Shown in pieces: positions 17,672-27,948 of a stretch of DNA of 64,000 bases. Under the pieces are notes generated by a model, which was not told the origin of the DNA, did no database searches, and was given only the letters and a program-made list of their open reading frames with translations. This DNA comes from Bacteroidaceae bacterium (GTDB taxonomy: Bacteria > Bacillota > Clostridia > Oscillospirales > Acutalibacteraceae), in contig CAVAMJ010000013.1 of NCBI GenBank assembly GCA_963589785.1, positions 8 to 64,007 of the forward strand. The letters run 5' to 3'. Numbering within the stretch: position 1 is the stretch's first letter; every line of letters begins with the position of its first letter. Both the position numbers and the translations under genes were made by a program.

Positions 17672-18866
17672 TATTTTAACAATATCTCAAGTCAATACAT
17701 ATATACATTCAATTATTGACAGCGATAAAATTCTGAATAATGTTCTCATAACAGGTGAGATATCAAATTTTACGGATCACTATCGAACAGGTCATCTTTA
17801 CTTCTCACTCAAGGACTCGAAGAGCGTTTTAAAAGCAGTTATGTTTGATGATTCTGCGAAAAGGCTTAAATTTAAACCTCATGACGGAATGAAGGTCATT
17901 GTTTCCGGAAGAATTACTGTCTATGAGCCAAGCGGCCAATATCAGGTTATAGTGAAAAGCATGCAACCTGACGGAATCGGCGCACTTCATATCGCATATG
18001 AACAGCTTAAAGAAAAGTTATCTAAAGAAGGACTTTTTGATAAAGCAAGGAGCATTCCACAGTATCCGAAACGAATTGCTGTAATTACTTCCGAAACAGG
18101 AGCGGCGGTTCGCGATATAGAAAACATCTTAGGCAGACGATGGCCGATTGCAGAGGTTTTGCTTATTCCGTGTACTGTACAAGGCGAGTATGCTGAAAAT
18201 CAATTGTGCAGAGCAGTTAAATACGCCAATGCTTTACCTAACATTGATGTGATTATCATAGGTCGTGGCGGCGGATCTATAGAAGATTTGTGGGCATTCA
18301 ACAGTGAAAAGCTTGCACGAACGATTTATGCTTCTGAAACACCTGTAATATCCGCTGTTGGTCATGAAACAGATTTTACAATTTGTGATTTTGTATCAGA
18401 TCTTAGAGCGCCAACACCGAGTGCCGCCGCAGAGCTTGCAACTCCCGATATGAATGAGGTTTATTCATCTTTAGTATCAACACTTGAGTTCATAAAAAAA
18501 AGAACGTCATATATTATCAATTCAAAATATCAACAACTTGATTTACTAAGCATGAACAAAATGCTGAAATCTCCTGAAGTTATTTGGGAAACACAAAAAG
18601 TGGAACTTGACAAGCTTTCTGTGAAAATGGATCATCTGATTCGTACTCGAAAGGAAAAAGAGCTAAATTCTCTTTCTGAGTTATATGCAAAGCTTGACGC
18701 ACTCAATCCACTGAACATCCTATTGCGGGGATACAGCATAGTAACCAAAGATACTAAATTTGTAGCGAGTGCAAAAGACCTTAGTGTTAATGACAGCATT
18801 GATATAAAAATGAATGACGGAAATATTGTTGCCAATGTGACAAGTATTTCCTTGAAAGAGGAATAA
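17661..18866 (+). CDS. xseA: exodeoxyribonuclease VII large subunit
   Basis: MNSSILTISQVNTYIHSII...GEISNF..HYRTGHLYFSLKD...GRGGGSIEDLWAFN. Overlaps the upstream stop codon. Confidence 0.9.
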   Translation: MNSSILTISQVNTYIHSIIDSDKILNNVLITGEISNFTDHYRTGHLYFSLKDSKSVLKAVMFDDSAKRLKFKPHDGMKVIVSGRITVYEPSGQYQVIVKSMQPDGIGALHIAYEQLKEKLSKEGLFDKARSIPQYPKRIAVITSETGAAVRDIENILGRRWPIAEVLLIPCTVQGEYAENQLCRAVKYANALPNIDVIIIGRGGGSIEDLWAFNSEKLARTIYASETPVISAVGHETDFTICDFVSDLRAPTPSAAAELATPDMNEVYSSLVSTLEFIKKRTSYIINSKYQQLDLLSMNKMLKSPEVIWETQKVELDKLSVKMDHLIRTRKEKELNSLSELYAKLDALNPLNILLRGYSIVTKDTKFVASAKDLSVNDSIDIKMNDGNIVANVTSISLKEE

Positions 18867-18867
18867 T

Positions 18868-19080
18868 ATGACTGCTAAAAAACTAACCTTTGAAAAATCA
18901 ATAGAACGAATTAAAGAAATAGTGGCGTCATTGGAAGACGGCACAAGTTCTCTTGATGAAGCCGTCAAGCTTTATGAAGAAGGCGCTAAGCTAACAGCTT
19001 CGTGCTATAAAATGCTTGAAGAAGCAGAACAGAAAATTTCAATTGTACCATTACCAAACGGAGAATCAAACAATGAGTGA
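18868..19080 (+). CDS. xseB: exodeoxyribonuclease VII small subunit
   Basis: 70 aa. LTFEKSIERIKEIVASLEDGTSSLDEAVKLYEEGAKL. Confidence 0.9.
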   Translation: MTAKKLTFEKSIERIKEIVASLEDGTSSLDEAVKLYEEGAKLTASCYKMLEEAEQKISIVPLPNGESNNE

Positions 19081-19942
19081 AATAATTGAAGAAGTATTGA
19101 AAACAGCACTTAAAAACAGTGGTTCTCAGTACGCTCAAAATATATACGACGCTATGTCTTACAGCGTTTTTGGTGCCGGAAAGAGAGTTCGTCCTTTATT
19201 AACTGAGCTTTTCTATAAAGCTTGCGGTGGAAATGATGACGGATATATATTTCCGGCTGCAGCTGTTGAAATGATTCATACCTATTCGCTTATTCATGAT
19301 GATCTGCCTTGTATGGATAATGATGACATGAGAAGGGGCAGACCGTCTAACCATAAGGTTTACGGTGAGGATATAGCTCTGCTTGCCGGAGACGGTTTGT
19401 TAACCAGAGCCTTTGAATTGCTTTTAAGCCAAGGCTGTGTTGAGGCTCTCGGTACTGAAAAAGCTCTGAGCTGTGCGGCCTATTTAGCAAAGCGTTCCGG
19501 TGCAGACGGAATGATTGGTGGACAATGCATCGATTTAGCTTCTGAGGGTCATGAAATCTCTTTGGAAGAATTAGATGATATGGTCATTGGTAAGACCGTT
19601 TGCCTGATAATGGCTGCTTCCGTCATGGGTGTAATTGCCGCCGGTGGAAACTCTGTGGAAATTGAAGCTGCAGAAAACTTCTCCATGGGTATCGGTCTTG
19701 CTTTCCAAATTCGTGACGATATTCTTGATGTTATAGGCGATGCTGACATAATGGGTAAAAATGTCGGTGTAGATAATGCCAATAACAGAAAAAATTACGT
19801 TACATTATACGGTCTTGAAAAAGCTCAGGAATTAGTTGAGTCCTTTACAAACAGCGCTATAACAGCACTTGAGATATTTGATAAATCAAAAACTCAGGAG
19901 TTAAAGTCTTTTGCGTTAAACCTAGCAACAAGAAACAAATGA
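19073..19942 (+). CDS. ispA: polyprenyl (farnesyl/geranylgeranyl) diphosphate synthase
   Basis: FARM motif LIHDDLPCMDNDDMRRG and SARM motif FQIRDDILD. Conserved position after xseB. Confidence 0.85.
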   Translation: MSEIIEEVLKTALKNSGSQYAQNIYDAMSYSVFGAGKRVRPLLTELFYKACGGNDDGYIFPAAAVEMIHTYSLIHDDLPCMDNDDMRRGRPSNHKVYGEDIALLAGDGLLTRAFELLLSQGCVEALGTEKALSCAAYLAKRSGADGMIGGQCIDLASEGHEISLEELDDMVIGKTVCLIMAASVMGVIAAGGNSVEIEAAENFSMGIGLAFQIRDDILDVIGDADIMGKNVGVDNANNRKNYVTLYGLEKAQELVESFTNSAITALEIFDKSKTQELKSFALNLATRNK

Positions 19943-20817
19943 GCAGTATAGAATCTAAAATCACAGCAGAATATGATGGCTTTATAATTAAAGACTATCT
20001 TCGTAAAGTTCTTCAAATATCTTCAAGGAAAATTAAAAAGCTCAAAGCAATGGATGATGGAATCATGCTAAATTCGAAGCATGCAATAGTTGTCGATGAG
20101 CTGTGTGAAGGTGATGTACTTTCCGTTAATTTTACAGACGAAGAAAAAAACTATGATTTTTCTGATATTGAGCCTGACATTGTTTATGAGGATGACTTCT
20201 ACCTATATGTAAACAAACCGGCTAATATGACCGTCTACAAATGTGGAGATGTAAAGGAAAACCTCTTGTCAAGCGTTTGTGGGTTTTATTCTAGACTAGG
20301 AAAAAATCTTGTGTTTAGACCGTTTTATCGTCTTGACAAAAATACAACAGGTGTAGTTGTAATTGCAAAAGATCCGCTTATCATGAATTCTACGGAAATA
20401 GAAAAATCATACTACGCTGTCTGTGAAGGTAAAGTAGTTAACAGCGGTGTTGTTTCCAATAGAATTCAATTAGAAGAAAACAGTAGAATTAAACGTGAAG
20501 CGGGATGCTTTGGAGAAATTGCAAGTACAGCCTTTGAAACCGTAAACAAAACAGAAAAGTTTAGTCTTGTAAAGTTCAAACTCTTTACAGGAAGAACCCA
20601 TCAAATCAGAGTGCACATGAATTATTTGGGGCATCCTCTTTGCGGTGATGACCTTTACGGTGGTTCAATGGATGTTATCTCAAGGCAAGCACTTCACTGC
20701 AAAACAGTTTTAGTTAAAAATCCTGTTATAGGATATGAGAAGTTTATAAGCATTGATTTTCCAGACGATATAAAAAAATCTTTCCCAAGCCTATGCGTCT
20801 CGGAGAATAGGAGTTAG
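19939..20817 (+). CDS. RluA family pseudouridine synthase
   Basis: S4-like N-terminus, catalytic RLDKNTTGVVV, and HQIRVH. Confidence 0.85.
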   Translation: MSSIESKITAEYDGFIIKDYLRKVLQISSRKIKKLKAMDDGIMLNSKHAIVVDELCEGDVLSVNFTDEEKNYDFSDIEPDIVYEDDFYLYVNKPANMTVYKCGDVKENLLSSVCGFYSRLGKNLVFRPFYRLDKNTTGVVVIAKDPLIMNSTEIEKSYYAVCEGKVVNSGVVSNRIQLEENSRIKREAGCFGEIASTAFETVNKTEKFSLVKFKLFTGRTHQIRVHMNYLGHPLCGDDLYGGSMDVISRQALHCKTVLVKNPVIGYEKFISIDFPDDIKKSFPSLCVSENRS

Positions 20818-20819
20818 TT

Positions 20820-21692
20820 ATGCCGGCAGCAATTGTACATTATCTTCATTCGGACAAGGTTTTAAAAAACATAGATACTAAAATCTCTAACAAAAGAGCA
20901 TATTACCTCGGTGCCCAAGGTCCCGATTTTCTTTTTTGCCATAGATATTTTCCGTGGATGAAAGGGGAAAGCCTTGAAAAGCTTGGAAACACAGTACATG
21001 AAGCTAATGCAAACAAGATAATCCTTTCAATGTATAACTATTGCAAAGAACACAAAACGGAAACACTCTATTCCTATTTTTACGGATTTTTGTGTCACTA
21101 TATAATCGATTCCATTGCACATCCTTATATAAACGCAAAGTCGGAACAATTACTTGAAATAAATCCGAAAGAAAATTTAAACACATTACATAATGAAATA
21201 GAATCTGCTTTAGATACTATTATGTTACGAAGTGAAACAGGTGAACTACCTGGAAAAACAAGCCTTAAATCATTGGTTGTTTGTGATATCGCTTCTTTGA
21301 ATCAAATCGGAAGATTATGGAAAAATGTTTTGGATGATGTTTTAAATATTAAGGTTTCCGAAAGTCAAATGGTAGAGGCTTTTAAAGATACTGTGAAAGT
21401 TTTCGCTTTACTTAATGATAGAACTGGTATAAAAAAACAGTTAGTATCTAAAATTGAGTCAGGTAAAGCTCATACAATTTCTTGCCATATAAGACCTATT
21501 CTTGAAAATATGGAACAGGATTATGCCAATACAAACAAAGCTGAGTGGGACAAGGAACATTCTTCTGCTGACTTTTTTGAGCTTTTTGACGATGCTGTTA
21601 TATCAGCGACCGAAATTATAAACGGTTTCGCACATAAAAAAATAAACGCCGAAAATATCAGCGTTTACACAAAAAATAGATCATTTGGATAG
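20820..21692 (+). CDS. zinc-dependent phospholipase C family protein
   Basis: MPAAIVHYLH...YYLGAQGPDFLF..HYIIDSIAHPYIN is the pattern typical of this family. Confidence 0.7.
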   Translation: MPAAIVHYLHSDKVLKNIDTKISNKRAYYLGAQGPDFLFCHRYFPWMKGESLEKLGNTVHEANANKIILSMYNYCKEHKTETLYSYFYGFLCHYIIDSIAHPYINAKSEQLLEINPKENLNTLHNEIESALDTIMLRSETGELPGKTSLKSLVVCDIASLNQIGRLWKNVLDDVLNIKVSESQMVEAFKDTVKVFALLNDRTGIKKQLVSKIESGKAHTISCHIRPILENMEQDYANTNKAEWDKEHSSADFFELFDDAVISATEIINGFAHKKINAENISVYTKNRSFG

Positions 21693-21726
21693 AAAAAAGG
21701 AGCCTTTAAAAGGCTCCTGAACTTTT
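21692..21726. terminator. hairpin terminator, strongest for rpmB on the minus strand
   Basis: Hairpin aggagcctt / aaggctcct. A T-run follows on the minus strand. Confidence 0.65.
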
Positions 21727-21732
21727 CTGCAA

Positions 21733-21921
21733 TCAGATTGCGCGAGTAACTTTACCTGAACGTAAGCAACGGGTGCAGGCGTAAACATGCTTTGGTGTAC
21801 CGTTTACAACTGCCTTAACACGTCTGATATTTGGCTTCCAAGTTCTGTTAGAACGTCTGTGTGAATGGGAAACCTTGATACCGAAAGATACGTCCTTGCC
21901 GCAAAATTCGCATTTTGCCAT
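21733..21921 (-). CDS. rpmB: 50S ribosomal protein L28
   Basis: MAKCEFCGKDVSFGIKVSHSHRRSNRTWKPNI. Confidence 0.95.
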   Translation of the reverse strand: MAKCEFCGKDVSFGIKVSHSHRRSNRTWKPNIRRVKAVVNGTPKHVYACTRCLRSGKVTRAI

Positions 21922-22194
21922 AGTGCTGCACCTCCTTAAAGGTAACTCTCTAATTTACAACAGTTGATATTTTAACAGATTATTTATTAAATTGCAAGAT
22001 ATTTTTTGAAAGTAATTGAGTTTTTTTTCAATTTGTATTATACTTTTCGAGAACGGGGCAAAATAAACGCTTTGTGTTGTTTGTTCATACCTGTTTAATA
22101 TTAGAATGTGATAATAACAAAACAATATTTCTTTTAAATAGAGATATTTGTCGTTTTATCTTTAATAATCAAACTTTAATTAAGGAGATTTGCG

Positions 22195-22899
22195 ATGCTT
22201 TTCAGTGCAATTCGAACGATGCTTTCAGGTGGTCATGTTGACTTGACCGCTATTGTGGCTCAAATCATCTCAGTTCTTTTCGTAGCAATTGTTATCTTGC
22301 CACTTCATGAGTGTGCACACGGTTTAATCGCTGTTAAGCTTGGAGATAACACACCGAAATGGGATAAAAGACTTACTTTAAATCCGCTTGCAAGCTTAGA
22401 TCCTATGGGAGCTTTATGGCTATTGCTTTTTGGCATTGGATGGGCAAAACCTGTTCAAGTTAATCCAAGAAACTTTAAAAATCCAAAAAGAGATATGGCT
22501 CTGGTTGCATTAGCAGGTCCTGTGGCCAATTTATTAGCCGCCTTGATTGGAGCAGTGATTTTTGTTCCTTATGTTATTTTTATTCTTTCAAATCATGCAA
22601 ATGTTATAACTTATTTCTTCTACTATTTTTTGAGTTCTTATATCACTGTTAATGTTTCACTGGCAGTTTTTAATTTTATTCCAATTCCGCCGCTTGACGG
22701 TTCAAGAATAGTAGCTGCTTTTTTGAGCGACAAAGCAATGTATACTTACTATAGATATCAGAACATTGTGGTAATGATTTTCTTTGTCATTTTGCTTTCA
22801 GGTTCTCTCAATGTACCGCTAAGTATAGCAGAAAACTATCTTTGCAACGCTATGCTTTGGATTGCTGAACGCCCGTATGTTCTTTTTGGTTTGATATAA
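22195..22899 (+). CDS. site-2 protease (peptidase M50) family membrane protein
   Basis: HECAHG zinc motif, multiple TM segments, and FNFIPIPPLDGSR. Confidence 0.85.
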   Translation: MLFSAIRTMLSGGHVDLTAIVAQIISVLFVAIVILPLHECAHGLIAVKLGDNTPKWDKRLTLNPLASLDPMGALWLLLFGIGWAKPVQVNPRNFKNPKRDMALVALAGPVANLLAALIGAVIFVPYVIFILSNHANVITYFFYYFLSSYITVNVSLAVFNFIPIPPLDGSRIVAAFLSDKAMYTYYRYQNIVVMIFFVILLSGSLNVPLSIAENYLCNAMLWIAERPYVLFGLI

Positions 22900-22908
22900 G
22901 GTGATAGT

Positions 22909-23625
22909 TTGGAACAACTTTCTTATAAAATTGATGTTTTTGAAGGTCCGTTAGATCTTTTGCTGACTCTGATATCAAAAAACAAACTAAATATATATGA
23001 CATTCCGATATCTGAATTGCTTGAACAATACATGGAGCAAATCGAACTTATGCAAAGCAATGATATGGATATAGCCAGTGAGTTTCTCGAGATGGCATCG
23101 AGACTTGTACATATAAAATCTGTTTCATTATTGCCTAAGAAAGAAGAAGCTGAAGAGCTCAAGCGTGAACTCACAGGTCAGCTCATTGAATATCAGCAGT
23201 GTAAAGCTGTTGCCGCGAAATTATCGGAGTTAATAAGCTTTGATTGCATTTCTCGAAAAGAAGAAGCTATCGAAGCGGATTATAGATATAAGTTAAAACA
23301 TGAACCATCGGTTCTATATAATGCTTATATGAACGCTTTTGGTAAAAGTAAAAAGCCTTTTGTTTTAAACCGTGATAAATTAGATAGAATTGTGACAAGG
23401 AATTTTGTCAGTGTAAATTCTCAGATTATTTACATTCTTAGAAATCTCTGGAACAAAATCCCTGTCAAATTAAATTCACTGATTTTCCAAAAAAAAGATC
23501 ATTCCGAAAGAATCGCCGCTTTTTTAGCACTGCTTGAACTGGTGAAACACAAACGAGTTAAAGTTCACGAAAAAAATCACGAAACTTATGTTAGAATATA
23601 TAACGGAGAAGACATAAATGAATAA
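22909..23625 (+). CDS. scpA: segregation and condensation protein A
   Basis: FEGPLDLLLTLISKNKLNIYDIPISELLEQY. TTG start. Confidence 0.9.
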   Translation: MEQLSYKIDVFEGPLDLLLTLISKNKLNIYDIPISELLEQYMEQIELMQSNDMDIASEFLEMASRLVHIKSVSLLPKKEEAEELKRELTGQLIEYQQCKAVAAKLSELISFDCISRKEEAIEADYRYKLKHEPSVLYNAYMNAFGKSKKPFVLNRDKLDRIVTRNFVSVNSQIIYILRNLWNKIPVKLNSLIFQKKDHSERIAAFLALLELVKHKRVKVHEKNHETYVRIYNGEDINE

Positions 23626-24145
23626 TCTTCAGGCTTCTGTTGAAGCTGTTATATTTGCCTCAGGGGATCCGGTGCCTCTCGATAAATTGTCGATGGTACT
23701 TGAAATATCATCAGAAAAACTGGACGAAGTTATTAATATAATTCAAGACAAATTTGATGATGAAAATTCAGGAATTTGTCTTATGAGGTTTAAAGATTCA
23801 GTACAGTTTGTTTCTAAATCAGAGTATGTTGATACTGTTCGCAAAGTTCTTGAAATCAATAAAAGCGCACCTCTCTCAAATGCGGCTATGGAAGTTCTTG
23901 CACTTGTCGCATATAATGAACCCGTAACTAAAGCTTATATTGAACAAGTAAGAGGAGTAGATTGTTCAGGAGTTCTCGGAAATTTAATTCAAAAGGAATT
24001 GATTGAGGAAAGAGGTCGTTTAGAATTACCGGGCAGACCGCTTCTTTATGGAACAACAGAGAACTTTTTAAAATGCTTTGGTATATCCTCCATTGAAGAA
24101 CTTCCGGAAATTCCGAAGTCCGACTCGCAGAATACAGATAAATGA
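23618..24145 (+). CDS. scpB: segregation and condensation protein B
   Basis: VEAVIFASGDPVPLDKL...LSNAAMEVLALVAYNEPVTKAYIEQVRGVD. Confidence 0.9.
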   Translation: MNNLQASVEAVIFASGDPVPLDKLSMVLEISSEKLDEVINIIQDKFDDENSGICLMRFKDSVQFVSKSEYVDTVRKVLEINKSAPLSNAAMEVLALVAYNEPVTKAYIEQVRGVDCSGVLGNLIQKELIEERGRLELPGRPLLYGTTENFLKCFGISSIEELPEIPKSDSQNTDK

Positions 24146-24810
24146 TTGTATTAATAATTATTCTTGGCGTTTTAGCCTTATTTTTACTACAACCGATAAG
24201 AGTTAAAATAGTCTTTGAAGAAGAGCTCTCTTTTAGAGTTTATTACTCTTTGTTTCCGGTGTTTTCTTATCCTAAGGTTGAGTCTAAGCAAGATGATGCC
24301 GAAGAAAAGCCCGAAGAAGAACCACAAGAAGAGGAAGAAAAAGAGGATAGCAGCGAAAGCACTTTAGACAAACTAAAAAAAACAATCAAGAAAACAGGAT
24401 TAAAAGGCTTTTTGGATTTAATCTACGAACTTCTTAAAGTTGTTTTGTCGGGAGGTAACCTTTTAATTCGACGAATTAAACTTACAGATGCCGATATCTA
24501 CATATGTAGCACGGACGATAACGCCGCCGATGCGGCATATAATTATGGAAAGCTATGTGCGGCAGTGTATCCCGCTGTTTCAGCAATATACAGCTTTTTT
24601 AGGTGCAAAAAAGGCAAAGTCACAGTAGATGTGGATTATGATGCAGAAGATTCTGTTGTAAAAGCTTATGCGAATTTAAGGATTACTTTTTTGTTTGCAT
24701 TAGCCGCTGTGTTAAAGATAATATTCAATGCTTTACCACGCATTATTAAGGTATTAAAAACCGTGAAGAAAGGAAATAAAAATGAGCGAGAAAGTAAACA
24801 GTCTGCTTGA
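24142..24810 (+). CDS. DUF2953 domain sporulation-associated membrane protein
   Basis: N-terminal TM segment, an acidic linker, and the conserved position directly upstream of ytfJ/gerW. Confidence 0.65.
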   Translation: MIVLIIILGVLALFLLQPIRVKIVFEEELSFRVYYSLFPVFSYPKVESKQDDAEEKPEEEPQEEEEKEDSSESTLDKLKKTIKKTGLKGFLDLIYELLKVVLSGGNLLIRRIKLTDADIYICSTDDNAADAAYNYGKLCAAVYPAVSAIYSFFRCKKGKVTVDVDYDAEDSVVKAYANLRITFLFALAAVLKIIFNALPRIIKVLKTVKKGNKNERESKQSA

Positions 24811-25201
24811 AACAACCGTTGATAAAATTAAAAGTGTTGTAGATGTTAATACTGTTATTGGAGACCAGATTATCACTCCTGACGGAACGGTAATTATACC
24901 GATTTCAAGGGTAAACTACGGATTTGCGGCAGGAGGATCAGATCTCCCTTCAAAAACTCCCGGACTTTTTGGCGGTGGTTCAGGCGCAGGCGTTACAATT
25001 ACACCAATAGCATTTCTCTCTGTCTCTAATGGTAATGTAAGAGTCATTCAGGTTGAACCGTTTATTAGCTCTGTTGACAGAGCAATTCAAACAGCACCGG
25101 ATGTAATTGACAGAATTACATCGTTATTCAAAAAAGACAAGGCAGAATCGGATGTTGATTTATCAGAACCAACAACCGAGGCTGTAGTATCGGAAGGTTA
25201 A
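24782..25201 (+). CDS. ytfJ: GerW/YtfJ family sporulation protein
   Basis: VIGDQIITPDGTVIIPISRVNYGFAAGGSD...GGGSGAGVTITPIAFL. Confidence 0.85.
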   Translation: MSEKVNSLLETTVDKIKSVVDVNTVIGDQIITPDGTVIIPISRVNYGFAAGGSDLPSKTPGLFGGGSGAGVTITPIAFLSVSNGNVRVIQVEPFISSVDRAIQTAPDVIDRITSLFKKDKAESDVDLSEPTTEAVVSEG

Positions 25202-25204
25202 TAT

Positions 25205-26017
25205 ATGGCAAAAGACTGCAGATTACAAAAATATATCGCCGAATGTGGACTTGCTTCAAGGAGAAAAGCAGAAGAGATGATCCTTGCGGGTCGTGTTACC
25301 GTAAACGGCAGAAAAGCTACTATAGGTGATAAAATTGACAGAAAAACAGATCTTATCAGGGTTGACGGCGAGCGCCTTGTCGTAAGTGATAAGAAATGGT
25401 ATTTAATGATTAATAAGCCAAGGGGATATGTAACCACTATGAGTGACGAAAAAGGCAGAAAGTGTGTTGCCGATTTAGTCGCTGATATACCTGAGAGAGT
25501 TTATCCCGTCGGAAGACTTGACAGAGAATCAGAGGGCCTTCTGATAATGACTAACGACGGAGAATTTTCTAATTTAATATCTCATCCATCGGGACATATT
25601 CCAAAGCTTTACAGAGTAACTGTAAGACCAAATCCTAGTGAGGATATGCTTGTTAAGATGTCCGTTGGAATGGTTATTGATGGTGTTAAAACTGCTCCGT
25701 GTACTGTACGAGTTCTTACTGTAGAACCCGAGAGAACAGTGCTTGAAATAGTTTTGAACGAGGGCAGAAACCGTCAGATCAGAAAAATGTGTGAGCATTT
25801 CGGTTTAGAAGTAATCCGACTTAAAAGAAATGCTATCGGTCCTGTAAAGCTTGGTATGCTTCAACTTGGTGAGTATCGTGAACTTACTAAGGAAGAAATT
25901 CTTGCATTGAAAAATTACGCCTCAAAGGTTAAAAGAAAAAGCGAAACGAAAAATTCAAATAGTGCTGAAGCCAAGAAATCAGTTAAACGCAATGCGAGAA
26001 AATTCAAAAAGAGATAA
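25205..26017 (+). CDS. rluB: RsuA/RluB family pseudouridine synthase with S4 domain
   Basis: RLQKYIAECGLASRRKAEEMI, catalytic GRLDRESEGLL, and a basic C-terminal tail. Confidence 0.85.
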   Translation: MAKDCRLQKYIAECGLASRRKAEEMILAGRVTVNGRKATIGDKIDRKTDLIRVDGERLVVSDKKWYLMINKPRGYVTTMSDEKGRKCVADLVADIPERVYPVGRLDRESEGLLIMTNDGEFSNLISHPSGHIPKLYRVTVRPNPSEDMLVKMSVGMVIDGVKTAPCTVRVLTVEPERTVLEIVLNEGRNRQIRKMCEHFGLEVIRLKRNAIGPVKLGMLQLGEYRELTKEEILALKNYASKVKRKSETKNSNSAEAKKSVKRNARKFKKR

Positions 26018-26037
26018 ATCTTGTTTGTTTCGGGTTA

Positions 26038-26066
26038 GAAAAGGTTACAAATTTGTAACCTTTTCT
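26038..26066 (+). terminator. rho-independent terminator after rluB
   Basis: Hairpin agaaaaggttacaa / ttgtaaccttttct. Confidence 0.65.
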
Positions 26067-26095
26067 TGCTATATTGATAGCAAATCGATTATAAT
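26066..26095 (+). promoter_or_regulatory. sigma-A type promoter upstream of the yicC-remA-gmk-rpoZ-priA block
   Basis: TTGCTA (26066..26071), an 18-nt spacer, then TATAAT (26090..26095). Confidence 0.5.
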
Positions 26096-26192
26096 AAAGT
26101 GTAAACGCAGATGTCCGCACACTGTTTGTTGTTAAGATTAGAGTAGTGTGCTCTGATATAAAATAGGACGTACTATAGAAAGGACGGATAGA

Positions 26193-27071
26193 ATGCTAAA
26201 AAGCATGACCGGTTTCGGCAGAGCCGATGAAATCGTTGACGGAAGACATATAATAGTAGAAATAAAATCGGTTAATCATAAATATTTCGAGTTTAGCACC
26301 AGAATTACTCGAGGATATGCTTTTTTGGAAGAAAAATTAAAATCTTTCATTCAGTCAAGTGTTTCTCGTGGAAAAGTAGATGCTTATGTCCATATTGAGA
26401 ATATTGACGTTGATGATGTCGAGGTTACAGTAAATCATTCTCTTGCAGCAGGATATATTAACGCTTTAAGAGAACTAAACAAAGAATATTCACTTGAAGG
26501 TGATGTAACCGTCGACAGTCTCACAAAGTTTACTGATATTTTTTCCATTCACAAAGCTCCTGAAGATGAGGAAAGAGTTTGGAATGATGTCAAAACAGTA
26601 GCCGAAAAAGCTCTTGCTAATTTTATTGAAATGAGAGAGCGTGAAGGCAGCAAGCTTTATGATGACATTATCAGCCGTGCCGAAACAATTCTCGAAACTG
26701 TCGGTAAAATCGAAATTCGCTCACCTGAAACAGTTAAAGAGTATAGAGCTAAGCTCGAGGCTAAGCTAAGAGAACTTCTCGAAGACAGAAATATCGATGA
26801 CACAAGAATTTTGACTGAAACTGCTATATTTGCAGACAAGATTGCTGTTGATGAAGAAACTGTCAGATTGAGAAGCCACATCTCTCAGTTAAAACAGTTC
26901 GCTGACAGTAAAGACCCTATCGGCAGAAAGATGGATTTCTTGGTTCAGGAAATGAATCGTGAAACAAATACAATCGGCTCAAAATGTTCTGATTCCGATA
27001 TTGCATACATGGTAGTTGATATCAAAGCAGAAATTGAGAAAATTCGCGAGCAGGTTCAAAACATTGAGTAA
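26193..27071 (+). CDS. YicC family stress-induced protein
   Basis: MLKSMTGFGRA...NHKYFE...EMNRETNTIGSK. Confidence 0.9.
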   Translation: MLKSMTGFGRADEIVDGRHIIVEIKSVNHKYFEFSTRITRGYAFLEEKLKSFIQSSVSRGKVDAYVHIENIDVDDVEVTVNHSLAAGYINALRELNKEYSLEGDVTVDSLTKFTDIFSIHKAPEDEERVWNDVKTVAEKALANFIEMREREGSKLYDDIISRAETILETVGKIEIRSPETVKEYRAKLEAKLRELLEDRNIDDTRILTETAIFADKIAVDEETVRLRSHISQLKQFADSKDPIGRKMDFLVQEMNRETNTIGSKCSDSDIAYMVVDIKAEIEKIREQVQNIE

Positions 27072-27080
27072 GGTGATAAA

Positions 27081-27338
27081 GTGAGTCTGATAAATATCGG
27101 TTTCGGTAATATGGTCTCGAGCGGTAAAATAGTTGCAGTTGTCAGCCCCGATTCGGCTCCTGTAAAAAGAATTGTTCAGGAAGCGAAGGAAACCGGCAAA
27201 GCAATTGATGCATCTCAAGGCAGAAAGACAAAATCTGTTATTATTACAGACAGTAACCATGTGGTGATGTCTGCACTTACAACGGATATTATTGCTAATC
27301 GTATAAACAATGGTAATGAAGGTGATATAAATGAGTGA
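27081..27338 (+). CDS. remA: RemA/DUF370 family regulator
   Basis: INIGFGNMVSSGKIVAVVSPDSAPVKRIVQEAKE.GKAIDASQGRKTKSVIITDSNHVVMSAL. GTG start. Confidence 0.9.
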   Translation: MSLINIGFGNMVSSGKIVAVVSPDSAPVKRIVQEAKETGKAIDASQGRKTKSVIITDSNHVVMSALTTDIIANRINNGNEGDINE

Positions 27339-27945
27339 AGGTCTTGTTATCGTAGTATCAGCCCCTTCCGGCGGTGGCAAAGGTACTATTCTTAAAGAAT
27401 TATTTAAACGAAACTCTAATATTAAATTCAGTGTTTCAGCTACAACAAGAAATCCGCGTCCCGGAGAAATTGACGGTGAAAACTATTATTTTATAGATAA
27501 AAACCATTTTGAAGAGCTTATTTCAGAGGGAAAGATGCTTGAGCACGCAGAATATTGCGGAAATTATTACGGAACGCCAAAAGAACCGATTGAAAAAGCC
27601 GTCAAGGACGGATTTGATATTGTTTTGGAAATAGAAGTCCAAGGTGGGGCACAAATTAAGAAGAAAATTCCTGACTGCGTATCTGTTTTCATCACACCAC
27701 CGTCTATGGAGATTCTTGAGAAAAGGTTAAGAAACCGCGGAACCGAGACAGATGAGGTTATCAAAAATCGTTTGAATACCGCATTAGTGGAAATTCCTCA
27801 CGCTGAGGATTACGATTATATTGTTGTTAATGATGAGCTTGAGAAAGCAGTAGATGAGCTCGAGTCCATTATAAAAGCTGAGAAGCTTAAATATACAAGA
27901 AATAAAGATTTAAAAATATTCAAAGATATAATTAAGGAGAATTAA
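27331..27945 (+). CDS. gmk: guanylate kinase
   Basis: SAPSGGGKGT...TTRNPRPGEIDGENYYF. Confidence 0.95.
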   Translation: MSEGLVIVVSAPSGGGKGTILKELFKRNSNIKFSVSATTRNPRPGEIDGENYYFIDKNHFEELISEGKMLEHAEYCGNYYGTPKEPIEKAVKDGFDIVLEIEVQGGAQIKKKIPDCVSVFITPPSMEILEKRLRNRGTETDEVIKNRLNTALVEIPHAEDYDYIVVNDELEKAVDELESIIKAEKLKYTRNKDLKIFKDIIKEN

Positions 27946-27948
27946 AAA

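Noticed and set aside
17089-17682. Long antisense ORFs inside core genes (for example 17089..17682, 8268..8768, 51943..52467, 56662..57138, 53555..53911)
   Set aside because: Each lies opposite a gene with strong family motifs, and their translations are low-complexity (Ser/Pro/Leu rich). They are typical shadow ORFs.
24142-24400. Glu/Lys-rich low-complexity stretch in the DUF2953 gene as a possible repeat element
   Set aside because: It is an in-frame acidic linker within a conserved sporulation-associated gene, and there is no nucleotide-level tandem repeat of note.
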